In this document: piece by piece, positions 38,480-51,500 of the stretch
How positions within the stretch are numbered: position 1 is the first letter of the stretch
How the letters are laid out: the number at the start of each line of letters is the position of its first letter
Source of the DNA: Camelus dromedarius
Lineage: Eukaryota
Direction of reading: 5' to 3'
DNA: 64,000 nt
Assembly: GCF_036321535.1 (NCBI RefSeq)
Contig: NC_087437.1
Coordinates: 44,518,001-44,582,000 of the forward strand
Translations under genes and position numbers: made by a program
The notes under the pieces: model-generated
What the model saw: only the letters and a program-made list of their open reading frames with translations
The model's database searches: none
What the model was told of the DNA's origin: nothing

Positions 38480-38870
38480 CACGAACCGCTCCAGCTCTCT
38501 CATTTCACAGATGAAGAAACTGAGGTCGAGAGGGTTAAGTGGCTTGCTCAAGTTTCAATAGCTTGTTAGAAGCAGAAAGCGTGCCACCCTTATTGGAGTG
38601 CATACAAAAAAGTGGAACATCTTTTAAGAGTTGAGCAACCACCTCAAAAAAACAGAATAATAACAATAATGACAGTAATGGTTATGGTTTATTGAGCATC
38701 TATTAAATGTCAGAAACTGTGTTGGCAAGGCTTATTGTTAGCCCAAGTATTGCTGTTAACGTTTCATAACTGAGGAAAATAAGGTGCCCAGATGGCCTGT
38801 CATTGGGTCACGTCAAGCAGCCCCTGATTTCAGAGTCTGTGCTGCTGCTGTTACACTGGGCAGCCTTCCA
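38480..38870 (-). mobile_element. Two MIR remnants
   Basis: ctcatttcacagatgaagaaactgaggtcgagagggttaagtggcttgctcaag and ggtttattgagcatctattaaatgtcagaaactgtg...tgaggaaaataagg. Confidence 0.7.
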
Positions 38871-39608
38871 ACAGCAGCGGTGCCTGGAACTGGGAAGCGT
38901 GTGACTCAAGGCTTGTTAAGCAACCCTCAGCATTAATTTTCAGCTTTCGGTTGGTACTGCTGACATGTCTCCCTTTTGTCAAGTGATGAATTCAGCCCAA
39001 CAGGCCTTGGATGTCTAATCTCTTTCCAATTGGCTAGTCCAGGATCTGCTAGCTGGTAAAGCAAGTTTATGCTCTGTATTGTAGAAACAGAAGTGATGCT
39101 ATGTAAATTGACTATTGACTATGCACGTAAGTGGAGTATTTAAAACTAAATATACTAGGTCTACCCCCTGAGGCTTGGTATTATACTCAGAGCACAGAGA
39201 AGGGAAAGAGCTACATTGAGATTTTACAACACTATACCACACAACCATACACTTGTGTTCAGGGGAGAAAGGAAAGAAAGATAGTCAGAACTGAATTTAA
39301 ATAGGTAACTTTCCTCACCTCCCCTACCCTCAGCCGTCAACACACACTCATGTGGTAGTAATAGTAATAATAAAAATAAATATATTTTGATCCATGTTCT
39401 TGCTTGATCACGGGTTTATGTCAAAATTTCAGTAAAGAGATGAAATAATTATTTTAGGTTAACATACAGAACAAACATAGGAAGACTTGATGGCTTAAAG
39501 AGACCAACACAGGTTTCAAAAAGCCAGTTCCTTATACAAAAGCCAGATCCTACTCAGCAGTGTTCCTAATTTAAAGGAGGTTATGTGTAGAGGATTGTCG
39601 TAGACCTT

Positions 39609-40058
39609 TGTGTTAGTCTTCTGGGGTCTCCATAACGAAGTAGCACAAGCTGGGTGACTCCAAACAATATAAATTTGTTCTTCCACAGTTCTGGAGGCTA
39701 GAAGTTCAAAATCAAGGTGTCGGTGGGGCCACTTTCCCTCTGAAGTTCTAGGGGAGGATCCTTCCTTACATCTCCCAAGCTTCTGGTCGTTGCCGGTGAT
39801 CCCCAGGGTTCCTTTGCTTTCAGCTGCTGTGCTCCAGTTTCTGCTTGCATCTTTACGTGGCTGTCTTCCTTCTGTGCGTGGTTGTGTCCCTCAGTTTACA
39901 GAGACTGGATTCAGGACCCACACTCCTCTAGTACGACCTCATCTTAACTTGCATCTTAATTACATCTACAAAGACACTATTTCCAAATGAGTTCACATTC
40001 AGGGGTGATGGAGGTTAGAACATGTCCTGTTTTAGGAGATGTAATTCAGCTCATTACA
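39609..40058 (-). mobile_element. MaLR solo LTR (MLT1C-like)
   Basis: TG...CA ends with a perfect 5-bp TSD acctt (39604-39608, 40059-40063). Contains acagttctggaggctagaagttcaaaatcaaggtgtcgg. Confidence 0.92.
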
Positions 40059-40229
40059 ACCTTCATTTCTTTTTTTTTCCCCTAACTTTTCTTTTAGTAC
40101 TATTGCAGGATAATTGTATATAACATTTAGGGAACACAGAAATAAGGCGTCACTTTTAATATTACCAAATAGATACTTGTCCTTAATATTTATGTATTTC
40201 TGTGCACTCACTTAGAGGGATACACATGT

Positions 40230-40680
40230 ATTAAAGAAAAAAACGAGTCCTTCTGTGCCAAACATGCTGTGCTCTGGAGACAGAGGGACGATTAGAAAAA
40301 AACATGGCTCCCATCGTCAGAGAGTGAGAGTGGGACAGAGAGCTCATGGTGGAAGCAATAATGGGAGATCCAGGGTCGGTCTCGATGCTGGATCTGAAGT
40401 AAGCTTAGAAGTAACTGTGCGAGTAAGGAAGAGTGAGTCCCTCTAGGTGGGGGAAGAGCATGTACCAAGGCCTTGGGGCAGGAGGTAGTATAGCAAAAAA
40501 GATAGAACCGGAGGGGGCCCCCAAGACTGGAGTGTACGAAAAGGAAAAAGGCACAGACTGTGATCAAGAGGGAAGTGGCTTGTAGGCCATCTTAGGAATA
40601 GAAGCTGTCTTCATTCCAAGGGCTCTTTCAAGTCACTGAAGGCTTCTACACAGAGTTTGCTTTTTGTAAGATATGGCTCT
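40230..40680 (-). mobile_element. L2 remnant
   Basis: ttctgtgccaaacatgctgtgctctggagacagagg...agcatgtaccaaggccttggggcagg...gtcactgaaggcttc. Confidence 0.6.
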
Positions 40681-43192
40681 TCCTTTGAGAGAAGGGACAC
40701 CAGTTGCTTTAGCTTCTTTTTCTCTTGTTCTTCCTCTGTTGCGTATGTGTTATGTTTGTGAATGCGAACTAAATAAAGTTTGGGAAGAAAGAGCTTTATT
40801 ATTTCCTTGTTTAGGGAAGAAAATAATAGAGAACCAAAACCCCAAGCTATTCACACTGCTGCCATGGTAAGCATAGACCTCATTCCTTTAAACTATGTCG
40901 AGGATCTGGTGAGTCCTGAAATCAAGGGTAGTCACATGACGTTAGGACTGCCTGCCTAATCATTTGCTTTCCTTTAAACTGGGGGCTGGTGAGCATGTGC
41001 AGTGGGCCAAGTGGAAGAGGAAATCCCTGGCTCAGTCTCCAGGCACATGAGGACACGGTTTGAATTTTGTGCTTTGTCTTTGTGTTCCCCACGCATGGCA
41101 CAGTGTCTAGCACATTAATTACCGGATGCAGAGAGAGATGCCCATACTTTGCTCTCAGAAAAGCATCACTCTCATTAATCTCTTGGCTTGTTTCCATATT
41201 TGTGACTTCTCCAGAAGTGCTTAAGTCACCTTTATAGTTTCTCACTCTTTCTAGTTACAGATCTAAGACTTGATTGAAAAAAAAGAGAAAAAAATATAAC
41301 TTTATTAATTTGGAATAAAGTCTTTCATTAAAAAAATAATATTCTTGGTAGTACCTTTTCCCCTATTTTAATAGGCTTGCTTTCTTTTGTTTTCTCTTTT
41401 CTTTGCTACTCCTGTTCTGTTTATTTTGCTTCCTCAGTTATTAAAATATTATGCAAGATAAATCAATACATTCAATAAAATATCTTCCTGTTTTGAACAA
41501 ATTATTCTTACAAGCCAATGAAAATTAAGCCCCCACTTAATTAAGCTCTTACCTTGGGGAAGAGACAGTAGGAGCCTCTATGTGTCCTGAAGGGAAAAAT
41601 CCCAAATGGAGATGGAGCAGGGCACTTTCCTACTGTTCATTCTGCTTGTTAGGATGATGTGTTGAGAAGTCACTTTGAACCCTTGAAACTCTGATGAGCA
41701 AACATAGTGCCAAGGGTTCCATAGCAGAATGGTAATTTCAGGCTGGTCTGGTCACTGGGAGGGGTTGCGGCGGGAGAGTCTAGAATCAGGACACTGATGC
41801 TACCATGTCGTCTTTTATGCACGCCCCCCCCCCCCCATCATGGGTCTCTTCTGCTAAGTTTCAGGTGAGAGTTGTAAATGAATGGGGACGGGGAGGGGTG
41901 GGAAGATGGGGTGATGTCAGGGATTTCTCCTGGGGACGAGTCTCTCAATTCAAGACATCGTGGGTGAGCCAAGGATGAGGTAGACGGCTTCTTCTACCCT
42001 TCCCTCTTCTGGTTACCTCATTGGCTTCTGGGAAAATACCGTAGTTTCCAAAATAACTTGCTTTTTATTGAATCTCTAAAATCCTAAAATAAAGTTAACT
42101 GTAAATTGTAAATAAAGTTATCTCTGCTCTGAATCCAAACCTTCCTTTTTCTCAAAATGGGTCGTTTCACACACAAATAATCCTGGTATTCTCTTTTTAT
42201 TAAAAAAAAAAAAAGAGAAATAGCTGATCTTAGAATAACTAACTTAACATATAGTTTTCCTGTGGAGGAAAAAAAAGCAGCTTTGAAACAATAAAATGTG
42301 AATTACATATATTTTGGAGTGTGATTTAGTATGTTCAGTAAATGTGCCACAAACCTGTAAATTGTGCAGCTGGCCTCATAATGACTTTAGTGAACCTTAC
42401 TTTTCAAGGCCACGTAGGTGACGTAAGTGTTGGATTCTATTTGGCAAAGCTGCATTCATTTTGCTAATATAGTTATCTATGATATTCTTCTGGTGGTTAA
42501 AAGTAGCAATGCGATTTTCTCAATGAAGTAATAAATATTCACAATCATGTCAGTTAGCAGATAAAATATGTATATTTTGTATATAGTGGAAAAGTAGATG
42601 TGCACATATATGTATAATTGCAAGTTTATACCCGAATAATTGTAAGTTTATACATACGCACAGTCATGGCTTCAAAACAGGTATTTTCTGTATATAAATA
42701 TTTTTTCCTCAAATACAGTTAACCAATACTATATGTTTAAAATGTTGAGTAAACCAAAAGTTTCGCTTTTACTGTGAACAATAGAAGAGGAGAAGTTGAG
42801 TGTAAGGTCGTGAGGAAGGAGGCTAAAGAAAACACTGACGGTAGGTCTTTCCTGCCCTGGACTGGCTGAAATGCTACTGAATCGGCGTAGATGCAGACGT
42901 ATCAGCGAGGTCGCAGTAGGAGTGGAGATACCTTCAGGGGATTAGTGAAGCTGATGCAACTTATCTAAAGGAACAGTTGAATCTGGGGAATGATGACAAT
43001 AGGCTAAATGATGAGGAGGAAAAGGGAAAGTGGTAGGAAAATAACACTTGGGGGTTTCCCAGGAAGTACCCACTTGGGAGTGGAGAATGTGCTTACCTCG
43101 TCTTAAAGACACTGCGTCACAGGGGTAAATGAGCTACTACACTAAACCTCCATCAGCTTGTCAGAACTAGCAAGATGTTCTGGGCACTCTGC

Positions 43193-43582
43193 AGTAACAG
43201 GATGGACCCCACACCCAAATTTTGGTTCAGAGGTTAAAATTCGTGACGCCATGCATGCGCTCAAGGAGTATGAAGAGGTTTAGTACTTATATAATGATGC
43301 TTTCTGCAGAAATCAGGTAGCTCGCAAGGTCTAAAATGTCTTGAAGAACAGGAAAGGAGACTGGCTTGTGTTTTTTGTTTTTTGTTTGTTTGTCTTCTTG
43401 GTGATTAGAGGACACATTCGGGCTGGAAGTTCGTATGCATAGTTTGAATGTCCAGCGCCAAAGTGGAGCATGCCAGGCCTTCTAATCAGTTTGTGCCCCT
43501 GTAAGGCCGAGGGGAAGGGAGAAGGGGAAGACTTAATAGGTGTCTGTAACCATCAAAAACTGGAGTCAAATTCTTTATTACG
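43193..43582 (-). mobile_element. ERVL solo LTR (MER76-like)
   Basis: gtaacaggatggaccccacacccaaattttggttcaga...ggaaaggagactggctt...catcaaaaactggagtcaaattctttattac matches a recalled LTR consensus. The family name is less certain. Confidence 0.7.
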
Positions 43583-45789
43583 CAAAAGGATCCCAGTGTA
43601 GAGTCTACCAAGGCCTCATCTGACCAGTTCACTACCCCAGAATTCCAACTGCAGAAAACTTAGTCCATAGTTAAGGTGGGTTTAAAGCAGTCCTTCAAGT
43701 TTCTTACCTTGTTAGTGGAGGTACTGCAAGTATCTTCCTCTCTTCCAGTTAGAGGATAGAAAGCGCTGCCGTTCGAGGCATCCCTAGTGTCGTTAAAGTC
43801 TGGATAGAAGGAAATACACACAACTCTCAATAAATACTGCTTTACTAGGGAGCATTTTTACAAAGGAGTGAGGCTCAGGATTTGTCTTTGGACTGAGATG
43901 GAGCAGGGAGAATTGAGCAGCCGCCTGGAAGAGGTACAAAGACACGATATGAAAAGTCAAAAGAAAATGTTTTTATCTCTGTCACAGTTTCACTGAATTA
44001 CATTTCTGTGCATATGTGTATGTTAGAAACCAAAAAGACAAAGAAGTTTTAGTCCAATATGTGCTCTCACAGATAACAGTTAAACCTGCCACTTACTCTT
44101 AGCATGCTTGTACTCAAGCAGACAGTCATTATTTCTTCAGCTATTGTTTTCTTGAAATCAGTGAACTCAGAAAATAGGGCATTCACACTAATTCAAAAGA
44201 ATGATGTGGAGTTTCTGTTACTTTCTTTTAAGACACTGTGTTTGTGTGTGTGTATGTGCTCTCTGCTGTTACTCATTTACAATCCTGATGTTTTTCATTT
44301 CCAGCTTAAATAATTAAAATAGTTCTCTGCTTTTTCTTTTTAATTCTAGAAAGTTTGAATAAGAATATAAGTATTCATTCAGTATATATTCACTCTATGT
44401 TTTGGCTATTCCTGATTTCCGTATTACTCAAAATTCCTTAAAAACCTAATGATAAAATAGCAATTTTGTATACAAACAACTTATTTTAGGTAGCTGTTAC
44501 TTTAAAGAATTAAAGGAAACGAGAAGACTAAGGTGTGTCAGATCTTAGTGATTTACTCAAAGTCACAAGCCTGCAAAGTAATAGAGCTACTTTCTTGCTT
44601 TTCAGTCAGTTATTGTTCTACTGTTACTTTCAGTGTCTTAGAAACTTAAAATATTTCCAAGAAAACTTAGGTTTTGTTGATTTGCAAGCTGGCTTGGAAG
44701 AAAAAGACTTGAAATCTAACAACCGCTTATTTCAAAACATCAAATTCCTGCTAATCTAGTTTTCAAATAAGGCAGGTTTTCACTCAACATACTTTGTCAA
44801 ACTGGTTAGTTATTAAAATAACTTCTGTGTCTGTGAAGCAACCAAATGACAACTGAAGCTAACAAAGATGTGCTTTCATGATAACCAAGAATCGAAAGAA
44901 ACTTCTACCGCTTGGAATTGCCCAGCTGGGAAGGTCACGGTATGTGCGTACGACATGGGCTGTTTGCATATCTGCAAACTCTTGTCTAAAATTAAAATTA
45001 GGAAGGTATTTCAGTCTTACAACCTTGTGCACCATTGCAGCTCTTTTTAGACCCATGTTACCTCTTTTCTCTGTAGCCTTCTTTTCCACTGGTACATTAA
45101 AAGTCTAATAAGTCATTTTTAGAGAAAATTGTCCAAAAAAAAAAAAAAAACGGTAATGCATCTTATCAATGACACGTTGATAATGACTAACACTGAGATT
45201 GGAAAGGAGTAGTTCTGTAATCTAACACAATCTTAAATTTAAGTTATGCAGAAACCATTACTGTTTAACAAGCTAAAGGATATTCTGAAATGTATTGTAG
45301 ATTGTCCAAAATTCAGGTGAAAAATGCATGAAACACAATTAACTTGTGTACTTAAAACTGACAATAGGAAGATGATAAAACCTTAATCATAATAATTGGA
45401 ATAGTAGGAAGAAAATCTTTTCAGGATCTAAATTAAACTAAAAAAATACTGACAATTACTGTTCACAGATGATTCTATCATATATATATATATTCTTTCT
45501 GTACTTCAAGACAGGTTTTTAAAACATAAAACTTTTTTCAATTTGACTTGAATTATTTAAACTTTGCAGATATTACTTTTGAGTGTAATAAACTTCTTGG
45601 GCACAATAGTGTATTGGCTGTAATACAAGGTAGATGTCCATTCAAGCCATCACCCGATAGGTTCGTGAGGATTGACATTGTAGGCACTATAGCGGACAAA
45701 GAGAAAACACAGTGACATGGTAACTACCTTCACTGACGTTTAGGGTTGGTTAAAGTGTCAAGTGAGACTGCAGCAAAATTCTTAAGAGT

Positions 45790-46020
45790 CTCAGCGTGGA
45801 CGTCAGAAGCCTGGGATTATATAATCCAGTGTAGCTCCTTAGTAAGACATACACAGCAGTCCTGGGTTTTCTCATCTGTGAAGTGGTGGTCATGATAACA
45901 ATAGAAACATCTGTTCCCGAAGGTGCCTGGGAGGATTTCATGTAAACAAGACTTTGACACAATGCCTCGTTAAACCTTGTTGAACCCCAGCGTGGGTTCA
46001 GTAAATGGTAGCTCTGCTTG
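45790..46020 (+). mobile_element. MIR SINE remnant
   Basis: cctgggttttctcatctgtgaagtgg...ggaggatttcatgtaaa...ttcagtaaatggtagct. Confidence 0.6.
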
Positions 46021-46039
46021 TTGTTACTTTACCAGAAAT

Positions 46040-46720
46040 GGAACAGAGAACAATAAACAGTTTAATTCTGATGAGTACAATAGTTACTAGAAAGGTTTCC
46101 TAATGTGACAAGTAGAACTAAGGATTTGACAAATAAGTAGTGAGATCATGGAAAGATTGTTCCCATGATGGAAAATATAAGCAGAAGTAGGAACACTGTG
46201 AGGTTTTCGAGCATAGTGAGGACAGCCTGACTGGAGTGGAGTGGAAACTTCATGTTTTGGATAACAAACAATAGTTGGAATAGGGGCAATGTCATCTTGA
46301 TAACAGGACCCTGGAAACTGACGGAGAGGAACCTAAACAGTATCTCCCAAGTGATTTCTCATCTCTGCACTGAGTTGGTGGTGGGAGGAGTGGGCTGTAA
46401 AACAGAAAAAAATGAAATCCTTAAGACCTTTGATGTGACAGAAATCCTTACAATAAAGACATATGTAGCCTTTTGCCCCAAAGAAAGTTAATACCATTTC
46501 ATTCACATTAAAGATGAAACCATCAGTTGCCACCAACGATTCTCAAGCAGTTAGAACTGATGTTGTGGTTACACACACTGGGCGGCTTAGTGTATGATGG
46601 AAGGGAGGTGAGAAGAGGGTAGAGGCGTGAAGAAGGATTTGAAGCCACTAGAAAAGTGACCTGTGGCCATGCAAGGTGCAGACCTATGACAGGTGTGCAT
46701 GTTTTTGGAAGCACTAACTT
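46040..46720 (-). mobile_element. L2 remnant
   Basis: Purine-rich degenerate sequence with gaggacagcctgactggagtggagtg and atgaaatccttaagacctttga. Confidence 0.45.
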
Positions 46721-49700
46721 CATTTCTAACATGGCCCTTGCTACTGAAATGGTCCATGGACATGTGGAAGAGCTGTGAGCATGCTCAGATCATTACTGCT
46801 ATTGTTACTTTCTCTCTCGGGTGGGATCCCCTCTGGGAGACCTGGATGGTCCCAGTGCCTCCGATCCCTCCTGTTCACCGTGGAGTCTCTTGATTCAACA
46901 GTGTTTTCAAGCCACACCACTTCCCCAGTCAGTCAGCTCTCTCTACTCAGTGAGTGATGGATTCTGCTCTTTTGAAAGTAAAAAATAATCCTTTAAACAT
47001 TTTTATATCCTCTCCATACTATTTTTTTATTCCACTTGGCTTGCCTTAATAGACATATTCCACCCACATAGAATCCATTTTCTCCCGACTCTTTGAAAAA
47101 TGAGAAAAGTAACCTACACTAAGGAATAGGTCATGAAGATCAATGGAGGAGAAGTGACAGGCTTCACTCCTGCATTATTTAGGCCTGACTCATCTCAGGT
47201 TGGTTACGTTTATCATAGACAAGTAAGAGATGATTGGAGAAAAGATTTTTTTCATAGGAAAATCAGACTTAAGCTTCTGCCAGCTCTCTTACTCTACATT
47301 ATTTTCCTTTCTCATTCTCTACAAAAGGTAAGGGTCATTCCTTATCTGTATGTTGGAAATCTGTAATTACAGACTTGTAAATTAAAAGGAAAATTTTCTT
47401 CCTTATAAGAAATAATTGTCCCATTGATTTTTTTCCCTATTAGATATCATATTTTGTTACGAATTCCAATGCTTTTGGTAGGAATCAAACTTACAGATAT
47501 GCCATCCTTCCTGCTAACAAGTCTGTTACAGTATTTGCAGCAAACACTCAGATGTTGAGTTGCTCATGGTTCTGAGCCTAACCTGAGATTCTGGCAGAAG
47601 TAAAGCAATATTAATGATGATGCATTTTCTGGACTCTTTACATTAAAAAGGGGGGGGGGGTGGATACCTTTGTGGCCATATATATCAAGGTCTAATGGTG
47701 GGGGTTGGGGAAGTTCTACTTTAAGTATTTTAAATGAAGGGACTATAATAAAGATTTTACAGAGGCCAGCACAGTTGAAAAGCCCAGTGGGGGATGGGAA
47801 GGAAACCCAGAGGTTAGCAACAGCAGAAGGCCATGAGTGCCAGAAAGCACCTGACGTGGAAGCCCAGGAAATGCTGCTGGAGGGTCCAGGGCCTCCTACA
47901 GCAGGGAACAGAGTCCGGCAAAAGTAGGAGCAACCAGCCCCAGACAGCAGGGGGGCTTAGCTTATGGAGTTATCAAAGGAAGAAAAAGAACTTCAAGAAT
48001 TGAAATTCATGCCATTGATGTGAAAACCCCAATATTCCCATGTGAAGTAAATTTTAAAACACTTGCGTTTCATACAGATCGTAGAACTAAGCCATGAATT
48101 ACTGACTTTGTCTATTACAAGATTCCTACTGGTGAGCTCATTCTGTATCTCCCTTTCTGGACACACACATACAGATTTGTTGTCTTTTTCCTTCTAGTTT
48201 TAATATGCAATCATTTCTTTATCTAGCTTTCTAACTTTAATGCCTTGACTCAGAATATCCAGTACATGTTTTTCTGCAATAATGGTAGCATTTTGGATTC
48301 TCCATTCTTCTTTATAGAAATGAGCACTGCCTTGGGAAATCTGACTAAATCAAGGGATTAAGAAGTCAGTTTATTTATTTATTTAAATCAAATTAGGATA
48401 AAATTTCCTAATAAAGCTAAAGAAGATGGTCCCAAATATGATTAGTGAGACCCAGAGCCTGAGCTGTTGTCTTTTTATCCTGTGAAAGTGACTGAATATG
48501 ATTCTCTCCTATGTGAACTGGGATGTTACAGTAGTTTAGAATGTTTTCAAAGGCAGGAAGTAAGCGTAACTTTGCTCTGTACTGTATTCAGCCACCCTGC
48601 TCCTGTGTTGTGTGCTCCCACCACAGTAAAGTAATAGTTAACAGAACGAAGCAATTGTCCAGCATAGATGCTTTTTATTGCTGATAGTCGCCACCCTAAT
48701 TCCCATACCTTCGAGAGATAAGTGAAGACTTGAGCACAACAAAAAACACATGTATTCTCCCAAATTTGGCGCAATAGTTTTAAAAAATTTAAAGCTGTGC
48801 TTTTGGAATAACTAGCCTTCGGAGAGAGTGAGCCCCTCCATGTATTAAGTGCTGTGAGGAATGCTCACTTCCCCCACATTGACAACCCTTGGAACCAAAG
48901 GCAGCCATACCCAGGGTCTGATCCAAGGTTCCCAGTGATGTCACTGCACTTCTCATGGTGGGAAGCAATCATTGTTTAACATGGTGAAAATGCAGATTTA
49001 ATTTCTGTCCATCAGTGCTCATTGTGAGCAGTGTGGCCACCAGCGGTTGCTGTATAAGCTCCACAATTCTGCAGTCTCCTACCGTCAGTTAAACTTATTA
49101 CCCTGAAGTATTCAATTCTTGCCAATAAACAGTCATCATTTAAAATAGTTAGTTAACGATTATCCACCTTATTAAAATGATCTCCCCCAAAACTAATCAC
49201 CTTAGGGAAGCATTACATACTTTCTTGCCAAGGGTAGAAAGCCAATTGAATTAATGATTTTTCCAAGACCACCTTCAAAAAATATCCATGATTATCCAGT
49301 TTAATTAAAACAACAACAATAACAAACCACTTCACTATGCTAAGTGTAACTGGTAAAAAATCCTGAATGGTAATAACTAAAATTCAATCTATGCCTTCCA
49401 TGTCCTAACTTCTTAATGGAGGTAGAAATAAGCTCTTAATTCAGTTTGATCAAGTCAGGAAATGTTTGCACATACTATGTGTCTTTTATTCAATATCTTA
49501 ACACTAAAAAAATTCACCAATGATTGATTTATGAATAATAATTCTCTGTTCCTTTTTGCATGATTTCTGTGCAATGATAGAGCACCAAAATTCTCAAAAA
49601 ATTAAACAGTAAATTATAAAAAACAGATCATTAAATTAAATGTCATACAGGTTTATCTTTAATTTTTCTTCACTGAATTAATAGATGTATATAGTTAAGA

Positions 49701-49849
49701 AGTGATTTAGAATTACGAAACCTAGGACCAGAAAGGAAGGAAGAGAATGGGGAAAGGGGAAGGTGAGGGAAGGAAGAGGAAGAAAATAGAGTGAGAAACT
49801 TGTTGTCCCACCTCTTCTGAACCCCCCAGCCCACTTCATAAAGAGAATC

Positions 49850-51500
49850 ACTATAAGTTATTTTAAGTATGTCATTTGTCATTTAGCTCTGTTTCCAAAT
49901 ACTGGTTTTATGCTACTATGTTGTGCATGTTGAATTGATGTCTTAAGAAAGGAGATGATTGTCTTCTTTGCATAACTATCACTCAGTACTCTCCATTCTT
50001 CACTTCTGATCTTCCCATTTTATTTATTTCTCAGTTTTTAAGTAAATCAGTGTTCAGTGCTTTTGTGAACATGTAATCATTGTTCACTGATCAGTTGTAT
50101 AATCTGCTTACATGAATTTCTTGCATGACTTCTTAATTGCTTTGTTAATTTGTTTAGTTTTTTCTTCTTTTTCTTTTTTCTTTTCATTGAAGTATAGTCA
50201 GTTTACAGTGTGTTAGTTTCTGGTGTACAGCATAATGTGTCAGTCATACATACACATAATATATTCATTTTCATATTCTTTTTCATTATCGGTTATTACA
50301 AGATATTGAATATAGTCCCCTGTGCGATACAGTAGAAACTTGTTGTTTATCTATTTTGTATACAGTAGTTATATCTGCAAATCTTAGTTTTTGAGGTGTC
50401 TGTCATAAGTTATTTTCCAAACTTTTCAACCCTACTGTGAAATCTCTAAATATGTGCAGATATATTAGATGATGTCTCAAGTCCATTCTTTGATCTTGAC
50501 GATGTCCTTTTGAAGTATGCCACCCTTTTACTCTCTTTGTTTTTATCATTTCCTTTTTATAATCAAGGCAGTAATTCCTGTGCCTTGCTTGTCTTGCTTC
50601 TTCCTGGATCCAGTGTATTACTCCTTGTTTATTACTTCATGTGGTGGAAAGTATTCTCCAGTATGTTCTGAGAAAGGGTAGGTAGGAGGTGAGAGTCTTG
50701 AAGCATCACATTTTTGAAAATGTCTTTATCCAGCCATATTCTTGACTGGTATTTTGGTTAGGTATAAAATTTTATGTTAGAAATAATTTTTCTTCAGAAT
50801 TTTATAATGCTTTTCAGCCTACAGTGTTCCTGTTGAAAAGTTCAAAGTTCAGTACTATTGTAATTCCCAATCCTTTTTAAAATTTTGCTGCTTCTTACAC
50901 CAGGAAACGTTCAGGATCTGTTTTCTGTGAGTATATGATGATATGCATCTGTATAGATTGTTTTTCCATTAATTTCCCCACACCTCTCAGTGGGTGTTTT
51001 CAATCTGGATACACGTGTCCTTCAGTTTGGGAAAATGTTCTTAAATATTTACTTGATAAAATCATCCACCTCATTTTATTTGCTCCCATTTTCTGACCCT
51101 CTGTTGGCTGTCTAATCACCTACACTGACCTCTGATTTTCTTTTCTTCTTTATAATCCATCTCTGTTTGTTTGGCTCTACCTCTAGAATATGTCTCGACT
51201 TCCAACTTAATTTTTGTTTCTGCTATCACATCTTTAAGTATTAGGTGCTGTTTCTTTAACTCTGATGTATTCTTTCTCAAATACACTAAGTCTTTTTAAT
51301 GAATGTAGACATTTTTCTATAGCATTAGTTATAACTGTGCATTTTTCCAGTTATTATCTTTGGAGTGTCTTTACTTCTCTGCATTATTTTTTTCTGTTTG
51401 TTTGCTTTGTTTCTTTTATAATGTATCTCATCCTCAAATACCTGCTGACCTCGTGCTGGCCTTTATATTTGAAAATAAAACACCAAAAATATCACTGGAA
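49850..51500 (-). mobile_element. Very old L1ME/HAL1-like fragment
   Basis: ttttgaaaatgtctttat...ttttggttaggtataaaattttatgttagaaataattttt...tgtgtccttcagtttgggaaaatgttctt, typical of the antisense ORF1-side of old L1. Confidence 0.65.
50163..50383 (-). mobile_element. Young L1 3' UTR tip
   Basis: T-rich tail then attgaagtatagtcagtttacagtgtgttagtttctggtgtacagcata... TSD ttagttttt at 50154-50162 and 50384-50392. Confidence 0.88.

Noticed and set aside
41642..41719. C/D-box snoRNA or hammerhead-like element (ATGATGT...CTGA; gaacccttg/caagggttc inverted repeat)
   Set aside because: The C box is imperfect, the spacing is short, I recognise no rRNA guide, and no GAAA follows the putative stem II.
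46068..46105. Hammerhead ribozyme-like CTGATGA...GAAA
   Set aside because: Stem II does not close directly on GAAA, stem I cannot form, and it lies in a probable L2 remnant.
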